Of a stretch of DNA of 64,000 nucleotides, positions 38,266-46,445 are shown one piece after another. The DNA is from an uncultured Verrucomicrobiota bacterium (GTDB lineage Bacteria > Verrucomicrobiota > Verrucomicrobiia > Limisphaerales > UBA8199). Made by a program: the position numbers and the translations under genes. Each line of letters begins with the position of its first letter. Position 1 is the first letter of the stretch. The stretch lies in assembly GCA_964446585.1 (NCBI GenBank), contig CAYUPI010000005.1, positions 12,593 to 76,592 of the forward strand. Direction: 5' to 3'. A model generated the notes under the pieces. That model was given only the letters and a program-made list of their open reading frames with translations, had not been told where the DNA came from and made no database searches.

Positions 38266-39066
38266 ATGAAGTTTCTTGGAATCGGTCTCTGCTTCTTCAG
38301 CAGGTTGATGATATTGGCTCTCGCCTTGGGTATGATGTGTCCGACGCTCTTACGAGCGGCAACCGAAGAGACCTTCGATGTGCTCCAGATCGGGACACAG
38401 ACGTACCGAAATGTGACGGTGACCACTAAAACCAAGAACTCCATTTTCATCATGCATTCGGCAGGCATGAACACCATCAAGGTGGCGGAGCTCCCGGCCG
38501 AGATTCAGGCCAAACTGGGCTACGATGGCGCGACCGGCTCACAGGTCGCCACCGCAAAGCGCCCGGCACTTTCGACGTGGACCAAGCAAACCTTTACCAA
38601 AATGAAGGCGCCGCAGATGAAAGACCTGCAAAAGCAATGGCACGCCTCTGCCCCAGCCGGTCTGGCCACCGTCGATTTGACTCCGAGCCTGCTGCTATCT
38701 GCCGCCGGCGCCCTAGTTCTTTTCTACCTGCTGATTTGTTACTGCGGCATGCTGATCTGCCACAAGAGCGGCCATCCGCCCGGCGCCCTGGTCTGGATGC
38801 CGGTGCTGCAGATGGTTCCGTTGCTTCGCGCCGCACAGATGTCCCCCGCGTGGTTGCTGGCGTTCTTTGTGCCGGTGCTCAACATTATCGCGCAAATCGT
38901 TTGGTGCTTCAGCATTTCAAAAGCGCGCGGCAAGAGCCCCTGGGTCGGCTTTTTCCTCGTGCTCCCAGTGACCTCCTTGATCGCCTACTTATACCTGGCG
39001 CTTTCGGATCAGCCACGGCCGAAGGAAGAACGCGTGGTGGAGATCATGACGCTTGAAGCGGCGTAA
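38266..39066 (+). CDS. Membrane protein with a C-terminal DUF5684-like domain
   Basis: 266 aa. It has a signal/anchor (MKFLGIGLCFFSRLMILALALGMM) and a C-terminal three-TM region resembling DUF5684 (WMPVLQMVPLLRAAQMSPAWLLAFFVPVLNIIAQIVWCFSISKARGKSPWVGFFLVLPV). Confidence 0.6.
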   Translation: MKFLGIGLCFFSRLMILALALGMMCPTLLRAATEETFDVLQIGTQTYRNVTVTTKTKNSIFIMHSAGMNTIKVAELPAEIQAKLGYDGATGSQVATAKRPALSTWTKQTFTKMKAPQMKDLQKQWHASAPAGLATVDLTPSLLLSAAGALVLFYLLICYCGMLICHKSGHPPGALVWMPVLQMVPLLRAAQMSPAWLLAFFVPVLNIIAQIVWCFSISKARGKSPWVGFFLVLPVTSLIAYLYLALSDQPRPKEERVVEIMTLEAA

Positions 39067-39094
39067 GCCGGCAGCGACCTCGCGGTTTCCAAAT

Positions 39095-40372
39095 TCAGCC
39101 CGCACGCGGCGCTCCGTTCTCGGCAAAGGAAATCCGGGGCACCAGAGTCCGCCGCGCCTGGACTTTGATCAGCCCGAAAAAGAGCCGCCTCCGCCAGTCC
39201 ATCGCCCAGCCGCCCTCGAGTTCACCGGCTAGAATGGCCACCATCGCATCCGGCAGATGGAACTTCGGGCGCGGTTGCATGAACAGCTCCATGAACGGCG
39301 TTGTGTAAAAGGCCTCGACCATGTCCCAGTAAAGCCGCATAGCGCGGAAGACCCGTTTCTCATACAGCTTGAGCCGGCTCGCTCCATCGTCGCGTGCGGC
39401 CAGCGAGTCCAGGACAACTTTGGCTGCCAGGATTCCCGAATGCATCGCCAGGTAAACGCCGGCGGAAAAAATCGGGTCCATAAAGCCGGCAGCGTCTCCC
39501 ACGCGCAACAGGCGCGGGCCTACCAGCCGGCGATTGTAATAGGAAAAATCACTCGTAGTTTGGATGGTGTTGACAATCCTGGCAGCCTTCATCCGCTCGC
39601 GCATCGCCGTGCTGGATTGCCAAATTCGCGTGAAGACTTCCGCCGGTGACTCTTTCGCTTGGGCGAACTCAGCCTGATCCATGACACAACCGACGCTGGT
39701 CTTTTTCGTCGAGATGGGGATGAGCCAGAACCACTTATTTTCGAGGCGCACAATGACCGTGTCCCCGGCTGCGGCTCCGTCGTCGGCAGCGACGCCTTCA
39801 AAATGGCCGAACACAGCCAGCTTTTTCAAATCCGGATGGATAATGCGCAAACCCTGCTGGTTGCCGGTGAAGTTGCCGCGCCCGCTGGCGTCCACCAGAA
39901 ACGAGCCGCGGAAAGTTTGCGTTTCGCCGTCGTCGCCACAGGCCTGGACCGCAACCTCGCTGTTTTCATTCGAGAATTTGGTGACGGACCAGCCTTCGCG
40001 GACCTCCGCGCCGGAAGCCCGACAATGTTTCAAGAGCAAATGGTCGAACGTGGCGCGTTCGACTTGAAACGCGGTGGTTTCGCGGGTGAAACAGCCATTG
40101 CGAAACACCAGTTTCAGTGACTTGCTGGCATTGCCGAGGTGAAATTGCGCTCCCAGCTTCTTAGGAAAGCCGGCGGCCTCGAGCACGGGCAACACACCCA
40201 TTTCCTCGAACAGACGTCGGTTGTACGGCAATAAAGACTCACCGATGTGAAAGCGCGGAAAGTGTTCCTTCTCCAGCACCAGGACTCGCTTGCCGTCGCG
40301 AGCCATCAAGGTGGCCGCAGCGCTGCCGCCGGGACCTCCGCCAATCACCAGTGCATCATATCGCTCGTGCAC
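39095..40372 (-). CDS. FAD-dependent oxidoreductase with flavin-dependent halogenase signatures
   Basis: 425 aa. It has a GxGxxG motif (DALVIGGGPGGSAAA), GESLLP, the WxWxIP motif (KWFWLIP) and the FxxPxxSxG motif (FMDPIFSAG). Confidence 0.8.
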   Translation of the reverse strand: MHERYDALVIGGGPGGSAAATLMARDGKRVLVLEKEHFPRFHIGESLLPYNRRLFEEMGVLPVLEAAGFPKKLGAQFHLGNASKSLKLVFRNGCFTRETTAFQVERATFDHLLLKHCRASGAEVREGWSVTKFSNENSEVAVQACGDDGETQTFRGSFLVDASGRGNFTGNQQGLRIIHPDLKKLAVFGHFEGVAADDGAAAGDTVIVRLENKWFWLIPISTKKTSVGCVMDQAEFAQAKESPAEVFTRIWQSSTAMRERMKAARIVNTIQTTSDFSYYNRRLVGPRLLRVGDAAGFMDPIFSAGVYLAMHSGILAAKVVLDSLAARDDGASRLKLYEKRVFRAMRLYWDMVEAFYTTPFMELFMQPRPKFHLPDAMVAILAGELEGGWAMDWRRRLFFGLIKVQARRTLVPRISFAENGAPRAG

Positions 40373-40422
40373 AGGCTAATAAAACCACAAGCGCATCTCA
40401 GGGCAAGTCAACAGGACCAGCT

Positions 40423-40689
40423 CTATGCCGCCATCTTCTGCTCGACCGCCTGGGCGATGGTGTTGACGCTTTGGAGGATTTGTTTGGCCGCGGCAGGATC
40501 GGCAATCTTCAAGCCAAAATTTTTGTCGAGAGCTACGACCAATTGCAGCGCATCGACCGAGTCCAGTCCCAGGCTGCCCGGTCCGAACAAGAGTTGGTCG
40601 TCGCCGATTTCCTCGGCCGTCACTTGCAACATCAGGTTCTCGACCATCAGCGATTTGATGGTTTCTTTTAAGGTGCGTGTTTGCTCCAT
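40423..40689 (-). CDS. Acyl carrier protein
   Basis: The ATG at 40689 gives MEQTRTLKETIKSLMVENL... The phosphopantetheine attachment motif is LGLDSVDALQLV. Confidence 0.85.
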   Translation of the reverse strand: MEQTRTLKETIKSLMVENLMLQVTAEEIGDDQLLFGPGSLGLDSVDALQLVVALDKNFGLKIADPAAAKQILQSVNTIAQAVEQKMAA

Positions 40690-40690
40690 G

Positions 40691-41422
40691 TTAGCAAATC
40701 CCGCCGTCAACTTTTAACACTGAGCCTGTAATGTAACTGGCCTCAGGACAAGCCAGAAAACGAACGGCCGCCGCGACCTCTTCCGGCCGGCCGAAGCGCC
40801 GCATCGGCACTTTCTCCTGGGCCGCCCTGCGTTCCTCCTGGCTCATGCTGCCCAGCGCCGCGGTTTCGACGAAGCCGGGACATACGGCGTTGACCGTGAT
40901 GTTGATTCGGGCGACCTCTTTGGCGAGCGATCGCGTCAAAGCCAGCAGGCCGGCTTTGGCGGCCGCGTAATTGGTTTGACCGGGCGGCGCCAGCAATGCA
41001 CTGAGCGACGACACGTTCACGATCCGACCGTTGCGCTGCGAAATCATCGTTGGCAACACTGCCTGGCAGCCGTGAAACACGCTGTCGAGATTTGTCCGCA
41101 TGATCTCCTCCCACGAGCTGGCCGGCATGGTGGCCAGTAGGCTGTCCTCATGCCGGCCCGCATTGTTGACGAGGACATCGAGCCGTTTCTTTGAGGCGAG
41201 AATTCGGCTCACCGCTTGCTGCCAGGAAGTGGGCTGAATAACGTTCAGGTCGATGGCCTCGCAGCGTCCGGGAAACTCTGTCACGAGTTGACCCACCCGC
41301 TCGCGGTGGTTGTGGACTCCGAGCCAGACAAAATTCCCGGCAGCCTCGCCGATAAACGCCCGTGCGATGGCCTGCCCAAGGCCGCCGTTGGCGCCGGTGA
41401 CAAGGATGACCCGTATTTTCAT
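40691..41422 (-). CDS. 3-oxoacyl-ACP reductase (SDR, FabG/ApeQ-like)
   Basis: The ATG at 41422 gives MKIRVILVTGANGGLGQAIARAF (TGxxxGxG). The sequences NNAG and YAAAKAG (YxxxK) are present. Confidence 0.9.
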   Translation of the reverse strand: MKIRVILVTGANGGLGQAIARAFIGEAAGNFVWLGVHNHRERVGQLVTEFPGRCEAIDLNVIQPTSWQQAVSRILASKKRLDVLVNNAGRHEDSLLATMPASSWEEIMRTNLDSVFHGCQAVLPTMISQRNGRIVNVSSLSALLAPPGQTNYAAAKAGLLALTRSLAKEVARINITVNAVCPGFVETAALGSMSQEERRAAQEKVPMRRFGRPEEVAAAVRFLACPEASYITGSVLKVDGGIC

Positions 41423-41518
41423 TTTGGTCGTTCGGGAAACCCTCGGCTCTGCCGGGGAGACTCCCATAGTTTGACACCTCCGGGAGTAGTCCAGGGTGCG
41501 GGGTTAGACTGCGTCCTG

Positions 41519-41649
41519 TTCCCCCTCACCCCAACCCTTTCGATCTGGGAGAGGGAGTCGCTGCGCACGACACTCGAATGTTTGAGCGATCCCGGATGCA
41601 CCGGCCGACTGGCGACCATTCCCCCTCTCCCTGAAGGTGAGGGGGAAGG
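41519..41649. repeat. Pair of CCCCCTC(A/T)CC...GGTGAGGGGG hairpin repeats between the KR and CLF genes
   Basis: The first copy is ttccccctcaccccaaccctttcgatctgggagagggag (41519-41557). The second is ttccccctctccctgaaggtgagggggaagg (41619-41649), with a 9-bp stem (TTCCCCCTC/GAGGGGGAA). Confidence 0.7.
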
Positions 41650-41815
41650 AGCCGGTCCCGGTACGCACAACTGTCGCGTCGGACCCGAGGTCCGATCCCC
41701 GCCCGAAGAGCTGGATGGCTTGGAGCCATTCATCGTTTCAAGCCTCCCGCTTTGCCGGAGGTCACTGACTGGTTTCAATAGTTGGTTCGATTCCGCGCGA
41801 CAAGAAGTGTCTGCT

Positions 41816-42853
41816 TCATGAATGGGTCATTCCGAATTGCGCCGCAATCGCTTGCTGATTGCAGCCGACAACACTCACGTTGGCACAAGCGAATCTGCCC
41901 TGGCGCAGGGCGTCCACCGCTGCGACGCACTGCCACGCGGAGGCCGCCATCAATCCTTCGCCCAGGGTCTTCTTGACCGCGAGCCGAGCGCCCGGCCAAT
42001 CATGCCAGGCAGCGGCTTCGTCGCGATCCATCCTCGGCACGCCTTGCAGCCCGTCGCAGAGCAAGTGCGGCGCGCTATCAGCGCCCAGGGCCGCGCGCGC
42101 CAGCCGGGCGGCCTGCGCCCGCCTTTGATTCTGCAAAAACAAATAACTGTCCGTCACCGCGCGAAGTTCGACCGCGGGGCCTTGACCTGCTACTCGCCGC
42201 AGGTAGAGGGCGCCGGCGCCCTCGCTAACCTGGGGCTGCGCGGTGAACTTGGAAAGGGCGTCGGAGGTAAGCCAGTCCATTTCCTCGGCGCCGATGACCA
42301 GGCAGCCATCCACCTGCTCGGCGACAAGCCAATCGGCGGCCAGCGCCAGGCCCTGGAGCATCGTGCCGGGGTCACCCACCAGCGTGTAATTGATAGCTGT
42401 CGTGCCGAGAAGCGCGGCCAGGTGGCTCGCCGGGGCATTAAAAACTGTCTCGGGAAAAACCACCGGGCTGGCCGTCGCCGGGTTCTTCAAGGTCTCATCG
42501 TAAAAACGGCGCGAATAATTCACGCAACCGGACATGACGCACATAACAATTCCAAGCCGCAACTCATTGTCGGCCAGACTGGCGGCCTCGGCGCCAAGGG
42601 CTTCTAGGGCAGCCGCCACGGCGTAATGGGCGATGGGACTGGCGCGGCGCAGCCGCGCATGGCTCAGAAACGCCGGGCGCGGCACAGCCTGCGGCACCGT
42701 GCGCACTGTAAGTGGCTGAGCCCAGCCCGGGCGGGTCAATTCCTTCGAGGGCAACGGTTCGCCGCGAGCAACGGCTTCCCGTAGCGCGGCGACGCCCCAG
42801 CCCGCTGGTGACACTGCACCCTCACCGCGAACGAAGATTCGGTTCACGTCCAC
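41816..42853 (-). CDS. Beta-ketoacyl synthase-like protein lacking the active-site Cys (chain-length-factor-like partner)
   Basis: 345 aa with a thiolase-fold KS-like sequence. The position of the catalytic Cys reads YTLVGDPGTMLQGL instead of ACxSG. Its start overlaps the upstream KS gene by 10 nt, a translationally coupled arrangement. Confidence 0.75.
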   Translation of the reverse strand: MDVNRIFVRGEGAVSPAGWGVAALREAVARGEPLPSKELTRPGWAQPLTVRTVPQAVPRPAFLSHARLRRASPIAHYAVAAALEALGAEAASLADNELRLGIVMCVMSGCVNYSRRFYDETLKNPATASPVVFPETVFNAPASHLAALLGTTAINYTLVGDPGTMLQGLALAADWLVAEQVDGCLVIGAEEMDWLTSDALSKFTAQPQVSEGAGALYLRRVAGQGPAVELRAVTDSYLFLQNQRRAQAARLARAALGADSAPHLLCDGLQGVPRMDRDEAAAWHDWPGARLAVKKTLGEGLMAASAWQCVAAVDALRQGRFACANVSVVGCNQQAIAAQFGMTHS

Positions 42854-44082
42854 CTCCGAAGAATGAGCGTCGCGTTGGCGCCGCCAAAGCCGAACGAATT
42901 CGACAGGGCGTAATCCAGCTTTGCCTCAGTGGGCGTTCGCACAATCGGAAACGCGCACGCCGGTTCCGGCGTCTCCAAAGTTGAAGTAGGTGGCAGCCAT
43001 TGCTCGCGCAGGGCGATGAGACAAATCAGCGCCTCAACGGCCCCTGCGCCACCGAGCAAATGGCCGATGCTGAACTTGGTGGAACTGACCGGCAAACTGC
43101 CGGCCCGCGTACCAGCCCAACGATTGATGGCGGCCGCTTCCGCACTGTCATTGAGCGGTGTGCCGGTTCCGTGAGCGTTAATGTAACCGATTTGTTCTGG
43201 CGTTATGCGTGCCCTGGCGCTCGCAATCGTCATCGAGGCGAAGGCCGCATCACCGTTCGGATGCGGCTGGGTCATGTGATGAGAATCGGTTGCTGCGCCG
43301 TAGCCCACGATCTCTCCGAGGATTTCTGCGTTCCGCTCGCGGGCAGAATCGAGAGTTTCCAGGGCCAGAACGGCGGCGCCTTCTCCCAGAACGAGACCAT
43401 CGCGATGCGCGTCGAACGGGCGGCATTGGGTGGGTGACAGCGCCTGCAAGGAATCAAAACCGGAAAAAACCAGATGGCTAAGCGCGTCGTAACCGCCCGT
43501 CAACACGCGTTGCGTACGGCCGCTGCGCACGAGCTCCCAGGCATGGCCGATCGCGTTCGCGCCGGAAGCGCAAGCGTTGGCGATGATGGTGATTGGCCCG
43601 TGAAAGCCGAATGCGTCCGCGAGGTCGAGCCCTTGCCGTTGCGCCTGGTAATGGAGGACGCGCGTGGCTTGTCGGCGTCGCGCTTGCGGCGCATCTACAG
43701 CTTGCCGGTAATATTCCTGGCCGAGGCTCATGCCGCCGCTAGTCGTTCCGAGCACCTGCGGCAGGTTCTCCGCCGGGGTCCAGCCGGCCTGCTGCCAGGC
43801 TTCGTGCGCAGCCAGCAACAGCAGTCTTGCCGCGCGGTCCATCCGCTGGACTTGATGTTCGCGCAGGCGCGTTCGGGGCAGCTCCGCTGGCAAGTCTGCT
43901 TCGGCGGCAACCTTCACGCGCTGTCGCGAAACATCGAAGAGGGTGACCCGGCGCGTCGCCGCGCGGCCGGAGCGAAATCCCTCGGCGTTCACTTTCCAGC
44001 CTTGCCCCAGGGCAGTGATAACTCCGGCTCCGGTGATAACGACGCGAGATGATTCAGCCTTGTGCGGAAGCGGGAATAACAC
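42844..44082 (-). CDS. Beta-ketoacyl-ACP synthase (FabF/KS-alpha-like)
   Basis: 412 aa with the active-site Cys (IIANACASGANAIGHA), the His motifs (HMTQPH, NAHGTGTPLND) and a C-terminal SNSFGFGGANATLIL. Confidence 0.9.
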   Translation of the reverse strand: MLFPLPHKAESSRVVITGAGVITALGQGWKVNAEGFRSGRAATRRVTLFDVSRQRVKVAAEADLPAELPRTRLREHQVQRMDRAARLLLLAAHEAWQQAGWTPAENLPQVLGTTSGGMSLGQEYYRQAVDAPQARRRQATRVLHYQAQRQGLDLADAFGFHGPITIIANACASGANAIGHAWELVRSGRTQRVLTGGYDALSHLVFSGFDSLQALSPTQCRPFDAHRDGLVLGEGAAVLALETLDSARERNAEILGEIVGYGAATDSHHMTQPHPNGDAAFASMTIASARARITPEQIGYINAHGTGTPLNDSAEAAAINRWAGTRAGSLPVSSTKFSIGHLLGGAGAVEALICLIALREQWLPPTSTLETPEPACAFPIVRTPTEAKLDYALSNSFGFGGANATLILRRWT

Positions 44083-44200
44083 AGCTCAATCCAGTCTTTA
44101 GCCGCAGCTTAGAATAATCCTGCTGCTTGTCAAACTTCGCATCAAGCCGGGGCCGCCCACGGCGGTTGTCAGCGCTTGGCTGTCGGCTTATATTGCGACC

Positions 44201-44818
44201 ATGAAAACCAACAACGCGATCGTCGGTCGGAAATTGTTTCCAATCGTCGCTGCACTTGTCGGCGCTGCCCTTGGGGCGCGCGCGGCTGAGGCCACGGCGT
44301 TCGAGCTGGCCAAAGAAGCCAACCGTTACGTGGGCAAGCAATCCAAAGATAAAATCGTCCAGATCCGTTCGGAAAAATCTGTCGGCAGCTTGACGCCAAA
44401 CATCTGGTATGTGGTGCTCTACGATCCGACGGCAACCCTAAAAGCGGTGGAGGTGAAATTCGGCGCTGGCAAAATGCTCGACGTGAAACATCCTGTGCGT
44501 CTGCTCGAGCCGGTCACCGGTGGCGACACCCCGCTGGATAAGTCGAAACTGAGAGTTGATTCCGATCAGGCGATGCAGACGGCGCTCAAGGAGCCGTTGT
44601 TGAAAAATCTCAAAGTGACTGCCACGGAACTGAAGCTTGAACGCGTCGGCGAAGGGGTGCTGGGCCTGAGCGGAGCCGGCGAGGCGGTTTGGAAAGTAAA
44701 ACTGTGGGCGGCAAAATTGCGTGAACCATCCCTGGAGGCGGATGTTGGCGAAGTCTGGCTGTCGGCCAACAATGGCAAAGCTCTGAAGAGCGATTTGCAC
44801 CTCAATCGGCTGGACTAA
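44201..44818 (+). CDS. Secreted hypothetical protein (two PepSY-like halves, tentative)
   Basis: 205 aa with a signal peptide (MKTNNAIVGRKLFPIVAALVGAALGARA). There is an internal duplication-like pattern (VEVKFGAGKMLDVK and EVWLSANNGKALKSD). No family call is secure. Confidence 0.6.
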   Translation: MKTNNAIVGRKLFPIVAALVGAALGARAAEATAFELAKEANRYVGKQSKDKIVQIRSEKSVGSLTPNIWYVVLYDPTATLKAVEVKFGAGKMLDVKHPVRLLEPVTGGDTPLDKSKLRVDSDQAMQTALKEPLLKNLKVTATELKLERVGEGVLGLSGAGEAVWKVKLWAAKLREPSLEADVGEVWLSANNGKALKSDLHLNRLD

Positions 44819-46407
44819 TGAATCCTCCGGCGCAGGACGCATACGACGTCGCCATCATCGGCGGCGCGTTGTCGGGCGCGGCAGCGGCCATACTCTTGCT
44901 GGGCGAGCGGCCGGAGCTGAAGATTTTGATTGTGGAAAGAAGCGAAAGCTTCGGCCGACGGGTGGGTGAAGCGACGGTGGAGGTGAGCGGCTATTTTCTA
45001 GGGAGGATGCTGGGATTAACCGGTCACCTCAATGAGGCCCACCTCGTGAAGCAAGGGATGCGGTTCTGGTTCTTCAACGATAAGGCACGAACGATGGCCG
45101 ATTGCGCGGAAATCGGCGGCCGTTATCTTTCCCGAGTTCCCGCGTATCAAGTCGATCGGGCGGTGCTCGACGAGGAAGTTCTAGCGCGAGCGCAAGCTGC
45201 GGGCGCAGAGTTCTGGCGGCCGGCGTTAGTCAGCCGGGTGGATCTGGCGGCTGGCGGGCGACAGCTCCTTAAGGTGCGGTACCAGGAGCGAACTCGCGAG
45301 GTTTCCGCCCGGTGGCTGGTTGATGCGTCCGGGGTGGCAGCCGTGCTCGCGCGGCAGGAAGGTTGGTGGCGGCCAAATACCGAGCACCCGACGACGGCGG
45401 TTTGGGCGCGGTGGACGGGCGTTAAGGACTGGGACGGACTCGAGTTGACAACGAAATTCCCGGAATGGGCCATGGCCTGCCACGGCATTCGCAACACGGC
45501 GACGAATCATTTTGTTGGCAATGGCTGGTGGGCCTGGTGCATTCCTCTAAAGGGAGGAGACGTCAGCATTGGGGTCGTGTTCGATCAACGGTTCGTGCAA
45601 TGGCCGGAGGACGGCTCGCTCGGACAGAGGTTGAAGGATTTCCTCGCGCAGCACCCGGTCGCGCGGGAAATCATGGCAGACGCGCGCTGGCGCGAGGGCG
45701 ACGTGCACTGGCGCAAAAGCCTGCCTTATTACAGCACAACCTTCGCGGGCGACGGATTCGCTTTGGTCGGCGATGCGGCGGCGTTCCTCGATCCGTTTTA
45801 CAGCCCCGGCATGGATTGGATTGCTTTCACTTGCACCGCCGCCTGCAAGCTCATCTTGGCGGAGCGGCGAGGGGAAGCTCTGGCGCCCCTGCTGGCGCGG
45901 CACAATCGCGATTTTGCGCGCAGTTACCAATGGTGGTTTCAAGCCATTTACCAGGACAAGTACGAATACATGGGCGAATTTGACCTGCTGCGGGTGGCAT
46001 TCCTGCTCGACGCCGGCCTCTACACGATGGGCGTGGCTTCGCAGCCTTTCAAACGAGGCGCGGTGGCGTTGACCGAACCGGTTTATTCCACGCCGCCCTC
46101 GGTTCCATTTTTCCATTTGATGCGCAGGTATAATCGGCGCCTGGCGCGGATGGCTCGCGCGCGCCGGCTTGGAGACCGGCTAGGACGACGCAATGCGGGC
46201 CGGCGCTTCATGTTCCAGGGATACACGTTCGCTCCAGCCAGCAGTGTTCACATTGCCAAAGGCGTGGCCGCCTGGGCCTGGCTCGAACTCAAAGAGGGAT
46301 GGAGGAGCTGGTTCGCGGCGGAAAGCTCCAAGCTCCAAATCCCAAACTCCAAACATATTCCAAGCACCAAATCCCAAACTCCGCAGCCCGCGGCATGCGA
46401 AATCTGA
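44818..46407 (+). CDS. Second FAD-dependent oxidoreductase with flavin-dependent halogenase signatures
   Basis: 529 aa with GxGxxG (DVAIIGGALSGAAAA), WxWxIP (GWWAWCIP) and FxxPxxSxG (FLDPFYSPG). The start overlaps the upstream stop (TAATG). The last ~25 codons (SKLQIPNSKHIPSTKSQTPQPAACEI) read into a repeat element. Confidence 0.8.
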   Translation: MNPPAQDAYDVAIIGGALSGAAAAILLLGERPELKILIVERSESFGRRVGEATVEVSGYFLGRMLGLTGHLNEAHLVKQGMRFWFFNDKARTMADCAEIGGRYLSRVPAYQVDRAVLDEEVLARAQAAGAEFWRPALVSRVDLAAGGRQLLKVRYQERTREVSARWLVDASGVAAVLARQEGWWRPNTEHPTTAVWARWTGVKDWDGLELTTKFPEWAMACHGIRNTATNHFVGNGWWAWCIPLKGGDVSIGVVFDQRFVQWPEDGSLGQRLKDFLAQHPVAREIMADARWREGDVHWRKSLPYYSTTFAGDGFALVGDAAAFLDPFYSPGMDWIAFTCTAACKLILAERRGEALAPLLARHNRDFARSYQWWFQAIYQDKYEYMGEFDLLRVAFLLDAGLYTMGVASQPFKRGAVALTEPVYSTPPSVPFFHLMRRYNRRLARMARARRLGDRLGRRNAGRRFMFQGYTFAPASSVHIAKGVAAWAWLELKEGWRSWFAAESSKLQIPNSKHIPSTKSQTPQPAACEI

Positions 46408-46445
46408 TTCAGCGGTCCAGATATCACGGTCCACCTGCAAACGAA

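Noticed and set aside
41776-41805. tRNA-like T-arm sequence GGTTCGATTCC
   Set aside because: The flanking bases (GTTGG and CCGCG) cannot form a T-stem. No acceptor, D or anticodon arms can be drawn from the upstream 70 nt. This is probably chance similarity.
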